DNA of 63,931 nucleotides, filler included, from Octopus bimaculoides (GCF_001194135.2; 6 parts of 5 records of this genome joined end to end with filler, not necessarily neighbours in it), one strand, 5' to 3'. Counted from the first letter of the whole stretch, positions 49,481 to 62,253 are shown. Notes: generated by a model from the letters alone, not told the origin. Translations and numbers: made by a program.

Positions 49481-52400
49481 GAAATGATCTAAATTCAACA
49501 TGCGTATATAATTCTTTTGAATTATTTAAATCTTAAAAACCTGAAATTGCTAGAAGTTCATGTAATCTCAGGAAAGTACCAATAGGACTATCAATATACA
49601 GAATACCAGATTTACTTTCCAAACAATCATGTTTATAGGACTCGTGATCTTCTACGCAATCAGGGACATTCTTCTCGAGATGTCTGAATCACATCTGTTG
49701 AGATAGAACAAATTCGCAATGGGAACGTGACTCCAAGAATCTCCCCTGACAGTAAAATATAAATTGTATTGTGTAGAATAAAAAAAAAAAAACCTCACAT
49801 GAATTACTTCAAGACTTTCCAGTTTGAACTTTTACAAGATTTACTGGAGCTCATTAAGAAAGAACTCTGAAATTTGAACTGGGTCCAAATTCTCTTTCTT
49901 GAAGACTGACATGAAACCAAATCAATTTATCTCAGTAATACAGAAAAAGCGCGCGCGCGCATGTATGTATGTATGTATGTCTGTATGTATGTATGTATGT
50001 ATGTATGTATGTATGTATGTATGTATGTATATATATNNNNNNNNNNNNNNNNNNNNNNNNNNNNNNNNNNNNNNNNNNNNNNNNNNNNNNNNNNNNNNNN
50101 NNNNNNNNNNNNNNNNNNNNNNNNNNNNNNNNNNNNNNNNNNNNNNNNNNNNNNNNNNNNNNNNNNNNNNNNNNNNNNNNNNNNNNNNNNNNNNNNNNNN
50201 NNNNNNNNNNNNNNNNNNNNNNNNNNNNNNNNNNNNNNNNNNNNNNNNNNNNNNNNNNNNNNNNNNNNNNNNNNNNNNNNNNNNNNNNNNNNNNNNNNNN
50301 NNNNNNNNNNNNNNNNNNNNNNNNNNNNNNNNNNNNNNNNNNNNNNNNNNNNNNNNNNNNNNNNNNNNNNNNNNNNNNNNNNNNNNNNNNNNNNNNNNNN
50401 NNNNNNNNNNNNNNNNNNNNNNNNNNNNNNNNNNNNNNNNNNNNNNNNNNNNNNNNNNNNNNNNNNNNNNNNNNNNNNNNNNNNNNNNNNNNNNNNNNNN
50501 NNNNNNNNNNNNNNNNNNNNNNNNNNNNNNNNNNNNNNNNNNNNNNNNNNNNNNNNGGCTGCACGCGCGCACGCATCTTTCTATGTATATGCGTGCGCGC
50601 ATGTAACTTAAATATGTTTCAGAGATAGAAGCCAAAATAAAAAAAAAAGAAATATTCTTGGACGCAGGGACTCGTGAATAAACGACAACGAAAAAAAATG
50701 GTATAGAATAGGAACCAGGGCGGCTGGAGAAATTAATGGAAATAAAATAAAAACAAAGAACAAAAGCAAATCACATAAAACAACAACATTCCTAAAACAT
50801 TTTACAGAGCATCAACTTTCGGACTCTAAAAAAAAAGGTCATCGTTTGACAATAAAAGAAATCCATATACTGCAGTCCCTTAGAAGGTAAGTGAAATAAA
50901 TTCTGAGTCATCAATTCAAGAAGTTTTCTTTATTAACATTTCGAAACTCCATAGAAATGCAATAAACAGATAGATTGATGAACATGCAGTTTGACCCTGG
51001 TAAGTTTGAATTTATACACTGGAATCTGGATACGTAGGCCATAGGTGATCGCAATTTGTACGTTGCCAGGAAATTTTGGTTATTAAAAACACATCATTTC
51101 AAGTTCTCATTTTGAAAATGACAATCAAGTACAGAATATTGACAGGATGAATTTAAGGTATTGAATATAAATCTCTACCTCATCCAGAAAAAAATTGTTT
51201 GTCGTAACGATCAACATGTAAAGTCGAGTTACAACTTTAACACCAAAGAATTGTTTAAGGATTGTACAAAGTATGAATCTACACGTTATTGTTTTATGCC
51301 GAAGCTGAAACATCTATGGAACTTGACTTTTATCCAAAGCATCTCAAGAAGCAAAATGTATTAAATTACTCCATATTACCTCCAATTGAACATAGACCCA
51401 TACTCCTGTTCATCATAATACACCAGATAGTGATACAGGGTATAATAACAACATTAATGCCAACAGCTGGGTTGAAGTAAGTTGTAGTATCATTAAAGCT
51501 AGAAGCAGATTACGATTGTATGCTTTTCCTATGCAAGAGGTTTCGACAATGAATCTAAGACAATGAACTTTCTTATGAACTCTAAACTATCTTGAACCGA
51601 TAAGTATTCTTTTACTGGTGGCCATGCTTGTATTTCAGCCTGGACACATCTCCAAAATTTCTTTGATGTTTCACCATTAATTTGAGATGATATGTTGTGA
51701 TAAGTACGAAATGTTGCCTTGAAAGACAGGTCATTCAGTAAGAGTTTTCCTCACTAAAACTGGATGGTAGTGAACGAAATATCGGTAAATTACCGAAACG
51801 AAACTCTATGGAAAGATATATAAATAAGGTAGTTAATGAGACTTAAACATCCTGATATACGTGTCTGAAATTGTATTAATAATTCACAGCAAGGAACTGA
51901 AATAACACAGACAGAATATAGATAACAATTTTGTGTCAGGATGTATAGGGAACAACCAAAATTGTATCTCTTCGGAAATATCCCCTACGTTTCATAAATC
52001 CTCATAATTATGAAATGTAATACAGCTAAAAAATTCATTACATATCAGAAACGAATAAAAGGAAAATTTCCAAAAGTATTTTGTGGTCGTAACATTGATA
52101 GATTGGATATTAAACTAGAGAAACTGAAACACGAACTTACACGAAATACAATATAATAAATACAAGATCTATCGTAGTTACTTCATAGGTGGCACATAAT
52201 AGTAAGAGTCAACCGAGCAGAAAATACGCTTTCAGACAACTGGAAACATATGTGGGTAAAAATAACAAGTTTGTAAAACAGTCTGAATAGATGGAAGAAC
52301 TACAGTGAGGAAACATGTTAAACGAAATCAGTATAAGAAATGACCCAGTACTTGTGTTTGTTAATAAAGGTTCTGAAGAAATCTTCTAACAGTCTAGAAT

Positions 52401-52691
52401 TTATAATATGATATTGGTATGAAGGATTTGATCGTACTGAATGTATGTCTTCTGAAACCATTTGGCTAAAAATTGCTGTCGAATACCTTGCTAGAATATC
52501 GTGTATAAAATATATAGAGTCTATAAAATATATAGTGGGTGCTTCAATCATGTTATGTCGTAATGATGATATTTCAACACCTGAGTAATCTCGGAGTAGG
52601 AAGAAGGCATGGAATTATATACAATGGATTAAGAAAATGATTGAAGAAAACAGTAAAAATCGCAGGAATTTGGTTGTACTACAGAGAGATT

Positions 52692-53000
52692 GTGAAGGCT
52701 CGTGGCTTAGTGGTTAGGGTATTCGACTCACGATTGTAAGGTCGTGAGTTTGATTCTCGGCGGCGCGTTGTGCCTTTGTGTAAGACACTATTTCACATTG
52801 CTCCAGTTCACTCAGCTGGCAAAAATGAGTAGTACCTGTAATTCAAAGGGCCAGCCTTGTCATATTCTGTGACACGCTGAATTTCCCTGAGAACTACGTT
52901 AAGGATACACGTGTCGGTGGAGTGCACGTTAATTTCACGAGCAGGCTGTTCCGTTGATCACATCAACAGGAGCACTCGTCGTCGTAACCGACAGAATGCC
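52692..53000 (+). mobile_element. SINE family C, near full length
   Basis: GTGAAGGCTCGTGGCTTAGTGGTTAGGG...GTGAGTTTGATTCTCGG...tail X. Confidence 0.88.
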
Positions 53001-53599
53001 AGTTTTATGGATAAGTTAACAGCAAAACCTTTTTAGCATGGAAACACATGGATGACCAAAGCTTTATAATTAACCAGAATCTCACAACAAATAGAAACTG
53101 TTATTGAGCACAAAATTAAGGTACAGTACCTCACCTTACTTCTGGCAGTTGAGAACACACTCATTGAACCTAACATCATATATAATCAAAATGCATCATG
53201 CAGGGAGATAGTTTATAAGTGGTGCTCTTTGTTTTGTCGTCAAATTTATTAACATACCTGCTCACATAATATGATATAGAAACCGATTCTACAAAATTAG
53301 AAAAATCTATCATTTCTTTGTAGGCGACCGGAACTTTTTTGAAAGTTCAATATTAACCAATATTAACAAACTATTATATTCTATCAAACAGTATTCGATA
53401 AACACTGGAATGTAATTTAAATAAATCTAAATATGCATTTGTGAGGATGTAACAAGAAGAAATTGCGTCTTATAGGAACACCTGAAATAGAACAGACTAA
53501 CAACCCAAGTTTTACAGACAGGTGAGAGCGAAAATGAAATTTCAACCGTAATGAAGTCGTTAACAAAGATGCAGAAAGGAATTTATACTCTAATACTTA

Positions 53600-53985
53600 T
53601 CTTTACTTGTTTCAGATATTGAAGTGCGACCATGCTGGGGCACCACCTTGAAGAGTTCAGTAGGAAAAAGTCGACCCCACTACTTATTTTTTTTAAAGTC
53701 TGGTACTTATTCTATTGATCTCTTTTGTCGAACCAATAAGTTACGGGGACGTAAACAAACCAAACTGTTGTCAAACGCAAACACAAAGGCACACACATAT
53801 GCATACATGCATCCTTACATACACATGCAATTATATATGCACGACGGGCTTCCACACAGTTTCTGTCTACCAGATTCACTAACAAGGCATTGATCGGTCC
53901 CAGGATATAGAAATTTATCCAGAGTGCCGAGCAGTGGAAATGAGCCAAACAAGTGATTGAAAAGCGAACTTCTCAACTACATAGA
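53600..53985 (-). mobile_element. SINE family B, long version with extended tail
   Basis: CGACGGGCTTCCACACAGTTTC...AAGTTACGGGGACGTAAAC match 23690-23787; similar tail fragment at 34555-34660. Confidence 0.75.
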
Positions 53986-54543
53986 CTTTTTTCTGAGTTG
54001 TTCATGATAAGAACTTAATGACATTGAGATAGAATATCAGAAAGACACTGATATGTCTTTATTTCCCTTATGAAGAAGCGATCCTTGAAATATATAGTGA
54101 TATCATATGAGACTCAGATTGTAACACGATGTCCAACAGCTATCTGACTGACTCAACCTTAAAATTATTGAGATTATTAATGAAACTGAGGAGCGGCAGG
54201 AAATTAGAAAATTGAAACGTGCCTTTCCAATACACATAAAAAAGCAAAAAAAAAAAAAAAAAAAANNNNNNNNNNNNNNNNNNNNNNNNNNNNNNNNNNN
54301 NNNNNNNNNTTAATTAATTAANNNNNNNNNNNNNNNNNNNNNNNNNNNNNNNNNNNNNNNNNNNNGATTTGAAATGTTGCCACAATTATAATATGTCTAT
54401 TCTACTGTAATTTTCTACATTTTCGTGCAGCTGAAGATTTCTCTACATATTGCTTTTAATGTAATGCTCGCATTACTTAAATAAATGGAGTAGCATGAAA
54501 CGTGCGTACTGCAATCATCTTTAAAATCCATGTTGCTTATTTT

Positions 54544-54581
<38 letters not shown>

Positions 54582-54983
54582 GTTATGGCCACTCATGGAG
54601 TTACCATTGGTTTTGCACCTATAATGCTCTTAGCAGCATAGTGCGAGTCATCAGACTCACTGGCCAGAGGCACAGAACCTCCCTACTACTGGAGGTAAGA
54701 ATACAGTCTTGGTCAGTCAGAGTTGTGAAAAAACCTCCAAAATGAAATTCTACTGAGTGACATCCCTTCTGGGTGGCATGGAATTATCTACCTTTGACTG
54801 GTTCCAGTTGTGTCCAAAATGGGTCATTATGCATGATTTCAGTTCACTAGTCGGCGAGCTGGGAACTCTATGTTTCCAACACAAATTTCCTCTGATGTTG
54901 AAAAGCGATTTTGCTTTAATAAATTACAGAAAACATGAGAGTGCATAATTTTTTATTTACCCTTCTGTGTGAATACATAAAGA

Positions 54984-55046
54984 CTGACGAAATACCGCTG
55001 AGCATTTTGCCAGCATGATAAGGTTTCTGCCAGCTTGCCACCTTAT
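54984..55046 (-). mobile_element. Family A SINE head abutting the RTE 5' truncation
   Basis: GACGAAATACCGCTGAGCATTTTGCC...TTTCTGCCAGCTTGCCACC. Confidence 0.7.
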
Positions 55047-57790
55047 GACGAAAAAATATCGGAAAAACCCCAGGCGAAGAATGTACACCACAACATAAAC
55101 TGGATCAGGGCTAAATGGATTCCCAGAAGACGACCAGCATGGAGGAGAAGGGTCTGCAAGCTTAAAAATCCTGCAAATGGACAGAGATTTAGAGACGTAT
55201 TACTCCAAGCCTTCGATGAAATAGAAGAGGATATAGCTTCACACGATGTGGAAGACAACTGGAGGTTTCTATGTGACAACCTGCTGAGGGCCACTGACCA
55301 GATCTGTGGATGGTGCAAAGTCCCCTCTCTACCCAAGGTAATGTGGTGGTGGAACAATGTTGTTGACAGGGCTATTAGTAAAAAGAAACAGGCTTGGAAG
55401 GACTTGAAGAACGGTGGTACCAGGGAATTGTATCAGACTGCCAGAAGGGAAGCTAGAAGACAGGTTTATTTAGCCAGACGGGAAGCAGATAAGAAAAAAT
55501 TTGCCAATGTTCTGCACTGTGAGGACCAAAAACTTGAGGTATTTCATGTTGCAAGACAGTGTGTGAGAGAGAATCGTGATGTCGTAGGAGAAAAATGTGT
55601 TCGGATGGATGATGGTTCACTTGCACTAAACGAGGATGCAAAGAGAGTGGTTTGGAGACACCTCTATGAAAGGTTGCTCAATAAAGAAAATGAATGGGAG
55701 AAAGAGAGTCTGCCGAATGTCGACCCAACAGAGGGACCAGCTATCTGAATTGACAGTACCTTGGTAGATAAAGCAATTAAGAGTATGAAGACAAAGAAAG
55801 CCCACAGCCCATCAGGAATTACTGCAGAGATGCTCAAAATATCTGGCAGTGTTGGCTATAGCCTAGTCACCCATATTGTTAACCAGGTGATACACGAAGG
55901 AGTTATACCCAATGACTGGTGTAGCAGTACCATAGTCAACTGCTATAAAGGTAAATGTGACACTTTAGATACAAATTATTACAGATGTATCAAGTTGTTA
56001 GATCAGGTAATGAAGGTCACGGAGAGGGTGATAGCCCAACAAATTAGGGAGAGAGTCATTTCAGATGAGATGCAGTTTGGGTTTGTTCCAGGGAAATGCA
56101 CCACTGATGCTTATATTTCTGGTAAGACAGCTGCAGGAGAAATACATAGCCAAAGATGAAACCTCTGTATCTGGCTTTCGTTGACATGGAGAAAGCCTTT
56201 GACAGGGTCCCCCAATCCCTTATCTGGTGGTCAATGAGGAAACTGGGGATAGATGAGTGATTAGTGAGAGCTGTGCAAGCCATGTACAGGGGCGCTGTCA
56301 ATAATGTGAGGGTTTGCAACGAGTACAGTGAAGAATTCCGGGTAGAGGTAAGGGTCCACCAAAGTTCAGTCCTCAGCCACCTCCTATTTATCATAGTCCT
56401 CCAGGCAATAACAGAGGAATTCAAGACAGGATGCCACTGGGAGCTCCTCTATGGTGATGACCTTGCTCTGATTGTTGAGTCACTATCAGAACTAGAGGAG
56501 AAGTTTCAGGTGTGGAAGCAAGGATTAAAATTGAAGGGGCTTAGAGTCAACCTAGCTAAAACCAAAGTCCTAATAAGTAGGAAGGCAGACAAAAGATGTA
56601 CCCAGTGTAAGCTATGGACACATAAGAGGTGCAGCAATATCAAAGGATGGCTAACTGGGAAGATAGTTATTGTATGTGGCAGATGATCAGGAGCAATAAA
56701 CACTGAAAATGTGCAGAGAACAACCTTTGCCACATTCCAGGGAGAAAAGCTAGAAGTAGTTGATAGCTTCTGATACCTAGGTGACCAAGTTTGTAGCGGG
56801 GGAGGGTGCACTGAAAGTGTAACTGTTAGAATAAGAATAGTCTGGGCAAAGTTCAGAGAGCTCTTACCTCTGCTGGTGAGAAAGGGCCTCTTGCTCAGAG
56901 TAAAAGGTAGACTGTATGGCACATATGTATGAACAACCATGCTACACGGCAGTGAAACATGCGCTGTGACTGCTGAGGACATGCGTAAGCTTGCAAGGAA
57001 TGAAGTCAGTATACTCCACTGGATGTGTAATGTCAGTGTGCATACTCGACAGAGTGTAAATGCCTTGAGAGAAAAGTTGGACCAAAGAAGCATCAGATGT
57101 GGTGTGCAAGAGAGACGACTGCGCTGGTATGGTCATGTGATGAGAATGGATGAGGACAGCTGTGTGAAAAAGTACCACACTCTAGTGATTGAGGAAACCT
57201 GTGGAAGAGGTAGACCCAGGAAGACCTGGGATGAGGTGGTGAGGCATGATCTTCGAATATTAGGCCTCATCGAGGCAATGACTAGTGACCAAGACCTTTG
57301 GAAATGTTGTGCTTGAGAAGACCCAACAAGCCAAGTGAGACCATAACCCGTGGCCTGTGCCAGGAGTGTGACCAGCCCACTTATGTGCACCTTTCCTTCA
57401 TTGGACACTAAACTCTGCTTGTGAAGACCTGTTGAGGCAAGTGAAATCGAAATTGAAATCAAATTCAATGACTGGCATCCATGCTAGTGGAATGCTAAGA
57501 GCACCATCTGAACGTGATCGTTGCCCGAGCACCATCTAAGCGTGATCGTTGCCTGAGCACCATCCGAGTGTAATCGTTGCCAGGGCCGTGGACTGGCTTC
57601 CATGTCAGTGGCACGTAAAAAGCACCATTTGGGCGTGATAATTATCAGCATTGTTTTACTGGCACATGAAAAAATATTTGAGCAAGGTTTTTTCCAGTGC
57701 CGCTGGACTGGCTCCTGTGCAGGTGGCACATAAAAAACACCATTTGAGCATGGCCGTTGCCAGCATGGAAAGTGGACGTTAAACGATGAT
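55047..57790 (+). mobile_element. 5'-truncated RTE-clade LINE (RT region to 3' UTR) with stops and frameshifts
   Basis: MQFGFVPGKCTTDA, LAFVDMEKAFDRVP, VHQSSVLSHLLF, LLYGDDLAL, VDSFxYLGD, RLRWYGHVMRM, GRGRPRKTW; 3' end GGACGTTAAACGATGATG. Confidence 0.93.
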
Positions 57791-57821
57791 GATGATGATG
57801 ATGGTGATGGTGATGGTGATG

Positions 57822-57853
<32 letters not shown>

Positions 57854-57875
57854 GTTGTTGTTGTTGTTGTTGTTG

Positions 57876-57940
<65 letters not shown>

Positions 57941-57948
57941 GATGCTGC

Positions 57949-58040
<92 letters not shown>
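57786..58040. repeat. Compound trinucleotide array GAT/GGT-GTT-GCT-GTT-GCT-GAT-CAT at the RTE tail
   Basis: Direct reading. Confidence 0.95.
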
Positions 58041-58041
<1 letters not shown>

Positions 58042-58052
58042 ATACATGTGAG

Positions 58053-58535
58053 AGTGATAAAGAAATGATTTTGTTAAAAAGTATCCATTTTGTTTTAATG
58101 AATTACTGAAAGCATGTTTTATGCTAGCCACTTGATAATATTTTCACATTTGATTCCCAATTCTAATAATTTTTATGATGTCTAATTATTTCTTTGATAA
58201 TAGTGCTCACTTGCTTAGTAAATATTACTTTCATTATTTTATCACAGTCATAATCTCTCTTTTTAAACAAATATCACGGTAGTCCAACAACAGTTTTACC
58301 TTTCCCTCAAACCAACATAGAGATTACAATTCAGCAGCCCATCTGTAAGCTTTGCAGTGTGTGTGTCAGAGAGAGAGGGAGGAAGAGAGAGAACAGTGCA
58401 AACAATGAATGAAATAAACATGAAATGAAAAAAATCATAATAAAAGGGCATTACTAGATGTACACACCCCCGACGTTGTTGCCTCATAACATCCAGAAAA
58501 ATGGATACTTTTTAACAAAATTTTTTTCTATCACT
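58053..58535. mobile_element. MITE-like element with ~38-bp imperfect inverted repeats
   Basis: AGTGATAAAGAAATGATTTTGTTAAAAAGTATCCATTTT (58053-58091) versus AAAATGGATACTTTTTAACAAAATTTTTTTCTATCACT (58498-58535); no TSD found. Confidence 0.6.
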
Positions 58536-59071
58536 TAGATGTTGTGGTTTCAGAGTATATAGGGATTTATGGGAAAGAATTTTCCAAGGGAGTGGAGAGC
58601 AGAGTTTCAGAAAATTCACACAATCTGACTTTTTTCCTTCATAACTTTCAGGAAAATGGGTATCTTTTAATGAAAGTTTATACAAATTCCTTCTGAATGA
58701 CATAGACTACGATTATAAAGAAATTTGTGTGGAAAAGTTTTTCATGGAATTTCCTCATTTTTATTTAAACCACAGCCTTTGAAATGATGAAGTTGGGTGG
58801 GAAGAGGCATCTTCGTATGAAAACTCTTTTTTTCTTTACAACCCACCTCCCTCATCATTCCACTCTGGACCTATTTTGGCTAATATTTTTTGCACTTCAA
58901 AACCATGGGAAGAGCATTTTCGGTAAAAAAAAAAGAATTGTCAGTATTTTGAGAAAGAAGAGTGATTTAAGGGCAATTTGGTTATTGTTTGTAGCACATC
59001 CAAAGACAACCCTCCTCGTTTCTTTATCACTCTTGCATGTATTGATGTTTTTCAATATTTTTTCCTCATAA

Positions 59072-59282
59072 GGTGGCGAGCTGGCAGAAATGTTATCATG
59101 CTGGGCGAAATGCTTAGCAGTATTTCATCTGTCTTTACATTCTGAGTTCAAATTCTGCCAAGGTTGACTTTATCTTTCATCCTTTCAGGGTCAATAAATT
59201 AAGTACCAGTTATGTACTGAAGTCGATCTAATTGACTGGCCCCTCCCCCAAAATTTCGGGCCTTGTGCCTAGTGCAGAAAAG
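59072..59282 (+). mobile_element. Family A SINE, full length with TSD
   Basis: GGTGGCGAGCTGGCAGAAATG...; flanks AATATTTTTTCCTCATAA (59054-59071) and AATATTTATTCCTCATAA (59283-59300). Confidence 0.9.
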
Positions 59283-59309
59283 AATATTTATTCCTCATAA
59301 ATACATTTA

Positions 59310-59477
59310 TATGCTATTTAAAAGGAAAATTTGAGAAATTATGAATTTTTGCAACCCCACTCCCTGCCCCAATTGTTTCTGTTTAGAAATTAAAATATTG
59401 GAGAGCCTGAGAAGGTCATTGCTGGCATTTATCCACAGTGATTTTTAAAAAGTTACATAATTCATTTTAATAGCATA
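59310..59477. mobile_element. Short MITE-like element with imperfect terminal inverted repeats
   Basis: TATGCTATTTAAAAGGAA at the left versus TTCATTTTAATAGCATA at the right. Confidence 0.4.
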
Positions 59478-61734
59478 CTTTTCTGTTCAAAAACGTTTAT
59501 TCACACACACACACACTGCTTCTTTTGATTGAGGTGGGTAAAAATTTAGATTGCAATTTATTTTGTTACCTATAGTCTACCAATGGACCACGCATGTGTT
59601 ACTTCAGCATCATCATTCCATAAAATGTGTTTAATGGGAGAAAAGTATGGGAAANNNNNNNNNNNNNNNNNNNNNNNNNNNNNNNNNNNNNNNNNNNNNN
59701 NNNNNNNNNNNNNNNNNNNNNNNNNNNNNNNNNNNNNNNNNNNNNNNNNNNNNNNNNNNNNNNNNNNNNNNNNNNNNNNNNNNNNNNNNNNNNNNNNNNN
59801 NNNNNNNNNNNNNNNNNNNNNNNNNNNNNNNNNNNNNNNNNNNNNNNNNNNNNNNNNNNNNNNNNNNNNNNNNNNNNNNNNNNNNNNNNNNNNNNNNNNN
59901 NNNNNNNNNNNNNNNNNNNNNNNNNNNNNNNNNNNNNNNNNNNNNNNNNNNNNNNNNNNNNNNNNNNNNNNNNNNNNNNNNNNNNNNNNNNNNNNNNNNN
60001 NNNNNNNNNNNNNNNNNNNNNNNNNNNNNNNNNNNNNNNNNNNNNNNNNNNNNNNNNNNNNNNNNNNNNTTTCATTCAATAAATAATGTTTTTACATTAC
60101 ATACACATTAATAGAATAGACTGTTGGTTTTCCAAATAGAAAATTAAAACTTGAAACGAAAACATTGAAAGAGAAAGTGAGAGACTTTGCAACTGAAAAT
60201 GGAATACTCCACAGTGAATGTAATGAATATTTAAATTTGTGAAGAAACGGACGCAGTGAATGCAATGAATGTTTAAATTTGCAAGAAATTGGAGTTAAAA
60301 AATTCAATAAACTTGAGAAATCAAAATTATAGGAAATTTCTTAGAACATGAATTTATAAAAATATTTCCAGATAGTCAACCCTTTAATAATTGTTTTCTT
60401 TTAGTAACTGTTACATACCTAATTAATAAGCAGCTTTCTCCATTATAGTATAGATGATATTACAAATTATTTTATTAAGTCCATATAATAATGAATGTGT
60501 ATGAGGTGCTTGTTGCTTTGTGCTGACAGTTAGGAACTATATATGACTGCTGGGAGCTATCACTTGTACTTAGGTGAATGCTGACTGTTGGTAGCTGGTG
60601 GAGATGAGGCTGACTGTTAACTGTTGTGTGCTTGCTATTATTTCTAGTGCTGGAGGTCAACAGTTATACATAGAAGAAAACAACGAAATCTATTGAGATT
60701 TTTTACAACAAACATGTATTCTTTTTGTATTCAAACAGAAGACAAATACCGTTGTTACTACAAATGACAAATGTTGAGAGAATTTGGATGTTATTGTTTT
60801 GGTGTAATTGTACAAGTATCCGAAAAGTTACTGCAAGCTGTTGTGTTGCTGTAGCCGATAGTTCATTATGTTGAATGTCAGCTTGGTTCAGCCACTGCCC
60901 ATATCTATTCACTTCCTCTGCTCATCTCAAAAGCTCTATGTCTGGTGGACGCATGTGTGTCATTTTATATCTATTGATGGACTCAAAGAAGAGCAGCAAA
61001 AGTGAGATTGCCTTTGAAGCCATGTGAAGTCACATGAAGATTGGCCAGATTTTATTGATTATGCGAGCAATATTCTTTCCAGGCAAAGTCGTTATTGGTT
61101 GAATTCACTGATCATGTGGGCAACATTCCAGTACAGCATGACATCATGTGATTGTTAAATATTCTCGCTACAAATGCTCTACAATACATTCTTGTAGAGT
61201 TTGAAGGCAGCCTGCATCTGTATGTAAGGTGGAATTTTCCTTGATATTGCCCATTTTGATTGCAAACATGCTCACCAAAGCTACAAACCAGCTAAGATTG
61301 TTTTATTGCAAAATATAACTTCTTTGTCAATGCCTTTACATTTCCTTCTCTGACATTGTCATCACATTGATAGAGGCTGTGTGGAATTAGATTCCTTTCT
61401 CTTGTGCATAAATGTTTGTCTGAAGTACAGATGACAAATTAATTTATGAGCTCATTAATACAGAAACTTGAGTTTGGGGTTAACTACAAAAATATTTTAT
61501 AATTTCATTCTCTTTGAAATTGCTTTTATTCACGGTTTGGGGTTTGACTGCCCTTTCTAGTATGCAAGGTGTCCTGTCAAAGGTTACCTCTTTCGTGTAT
61601 AAATACTTAATTGTTTGTGCACTATTATATATGAAATATGTTGTCTATTGACTTTATCATACATGCTAGCCACCGGTATGAAAGTTTTTCTAAATTTTCC
61701 ACCCTTATTATTTTGAAAGTATATATATATATAT

Positions 61735-61975
61735 ATATCATCATCATCATCATCATCATCATCGTTTAACGTCCGCTTTCCATGCTAGCATGGGTTGGAC
61801 GATTTGACTGAGGACTGGTGAAACCGGATGGCAACACCAGGCTCCAGTCTAATTTGGCAGAGTTTCTACAGCTGGATGCCCTTCCTAACGCCAACCACTC
61901 AGAGAGTGTAGTGGGTGCTTTTACGTGTCACCCGCACGAAAACGACCACGCTCGAAATGGTGTCTTTTATGTGCC
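61735..61975 (-). mobile_element. RTE-type 3' tail (LINE end or RTE-mobilised SINE)
   Basis: (CAT)nCGTTTAACGTCCGCTTTCCATGCTAGCATGG is the reverse complement of the 57765-57795 RTE terminus. Confidence 0.8.
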
Positions 61976-62253
61976 NNNNNNNNNNNNNNNNNNNNNNNNN
62001 NNNNNNNNNNNNNNNNNNNTTAATTAATTAANNNNNNNNNNNNNNNNNNNNNNNNNNNNNNNNNNNNNNNNNNNNGACGGAGTGCCAACAAAAACAACAA
62101 CAACAAATAGACACTCTACAGATATTTGGTATTGAAGTCGCAGGTAGTGTGTCATTGCACTGCTTATATACTCAAAAATAATGAAATACAGATTGTTAAT
62201 AAAGATAAAGTAATCATACAACAATGTGTAAAACTCCAAAGTATTTATTTCAG

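Noticed and set aside
2650-50635. Many long ORFs (MYVC, HTHT, YIYI, poly-X, poly-H, RVRVRD)
   Set aside because: Translations of microsatellites, telomeric repeats or N gaps
58650-58780. Acceptor-like TTTCAG followed by open frame KWVSFNESLYKFLLND...
   Set aside because: The sequence resembles the MITE end at 58490 (CATAAC...AGAAAAATGG.TA..TTTT), so it is repeat-derived
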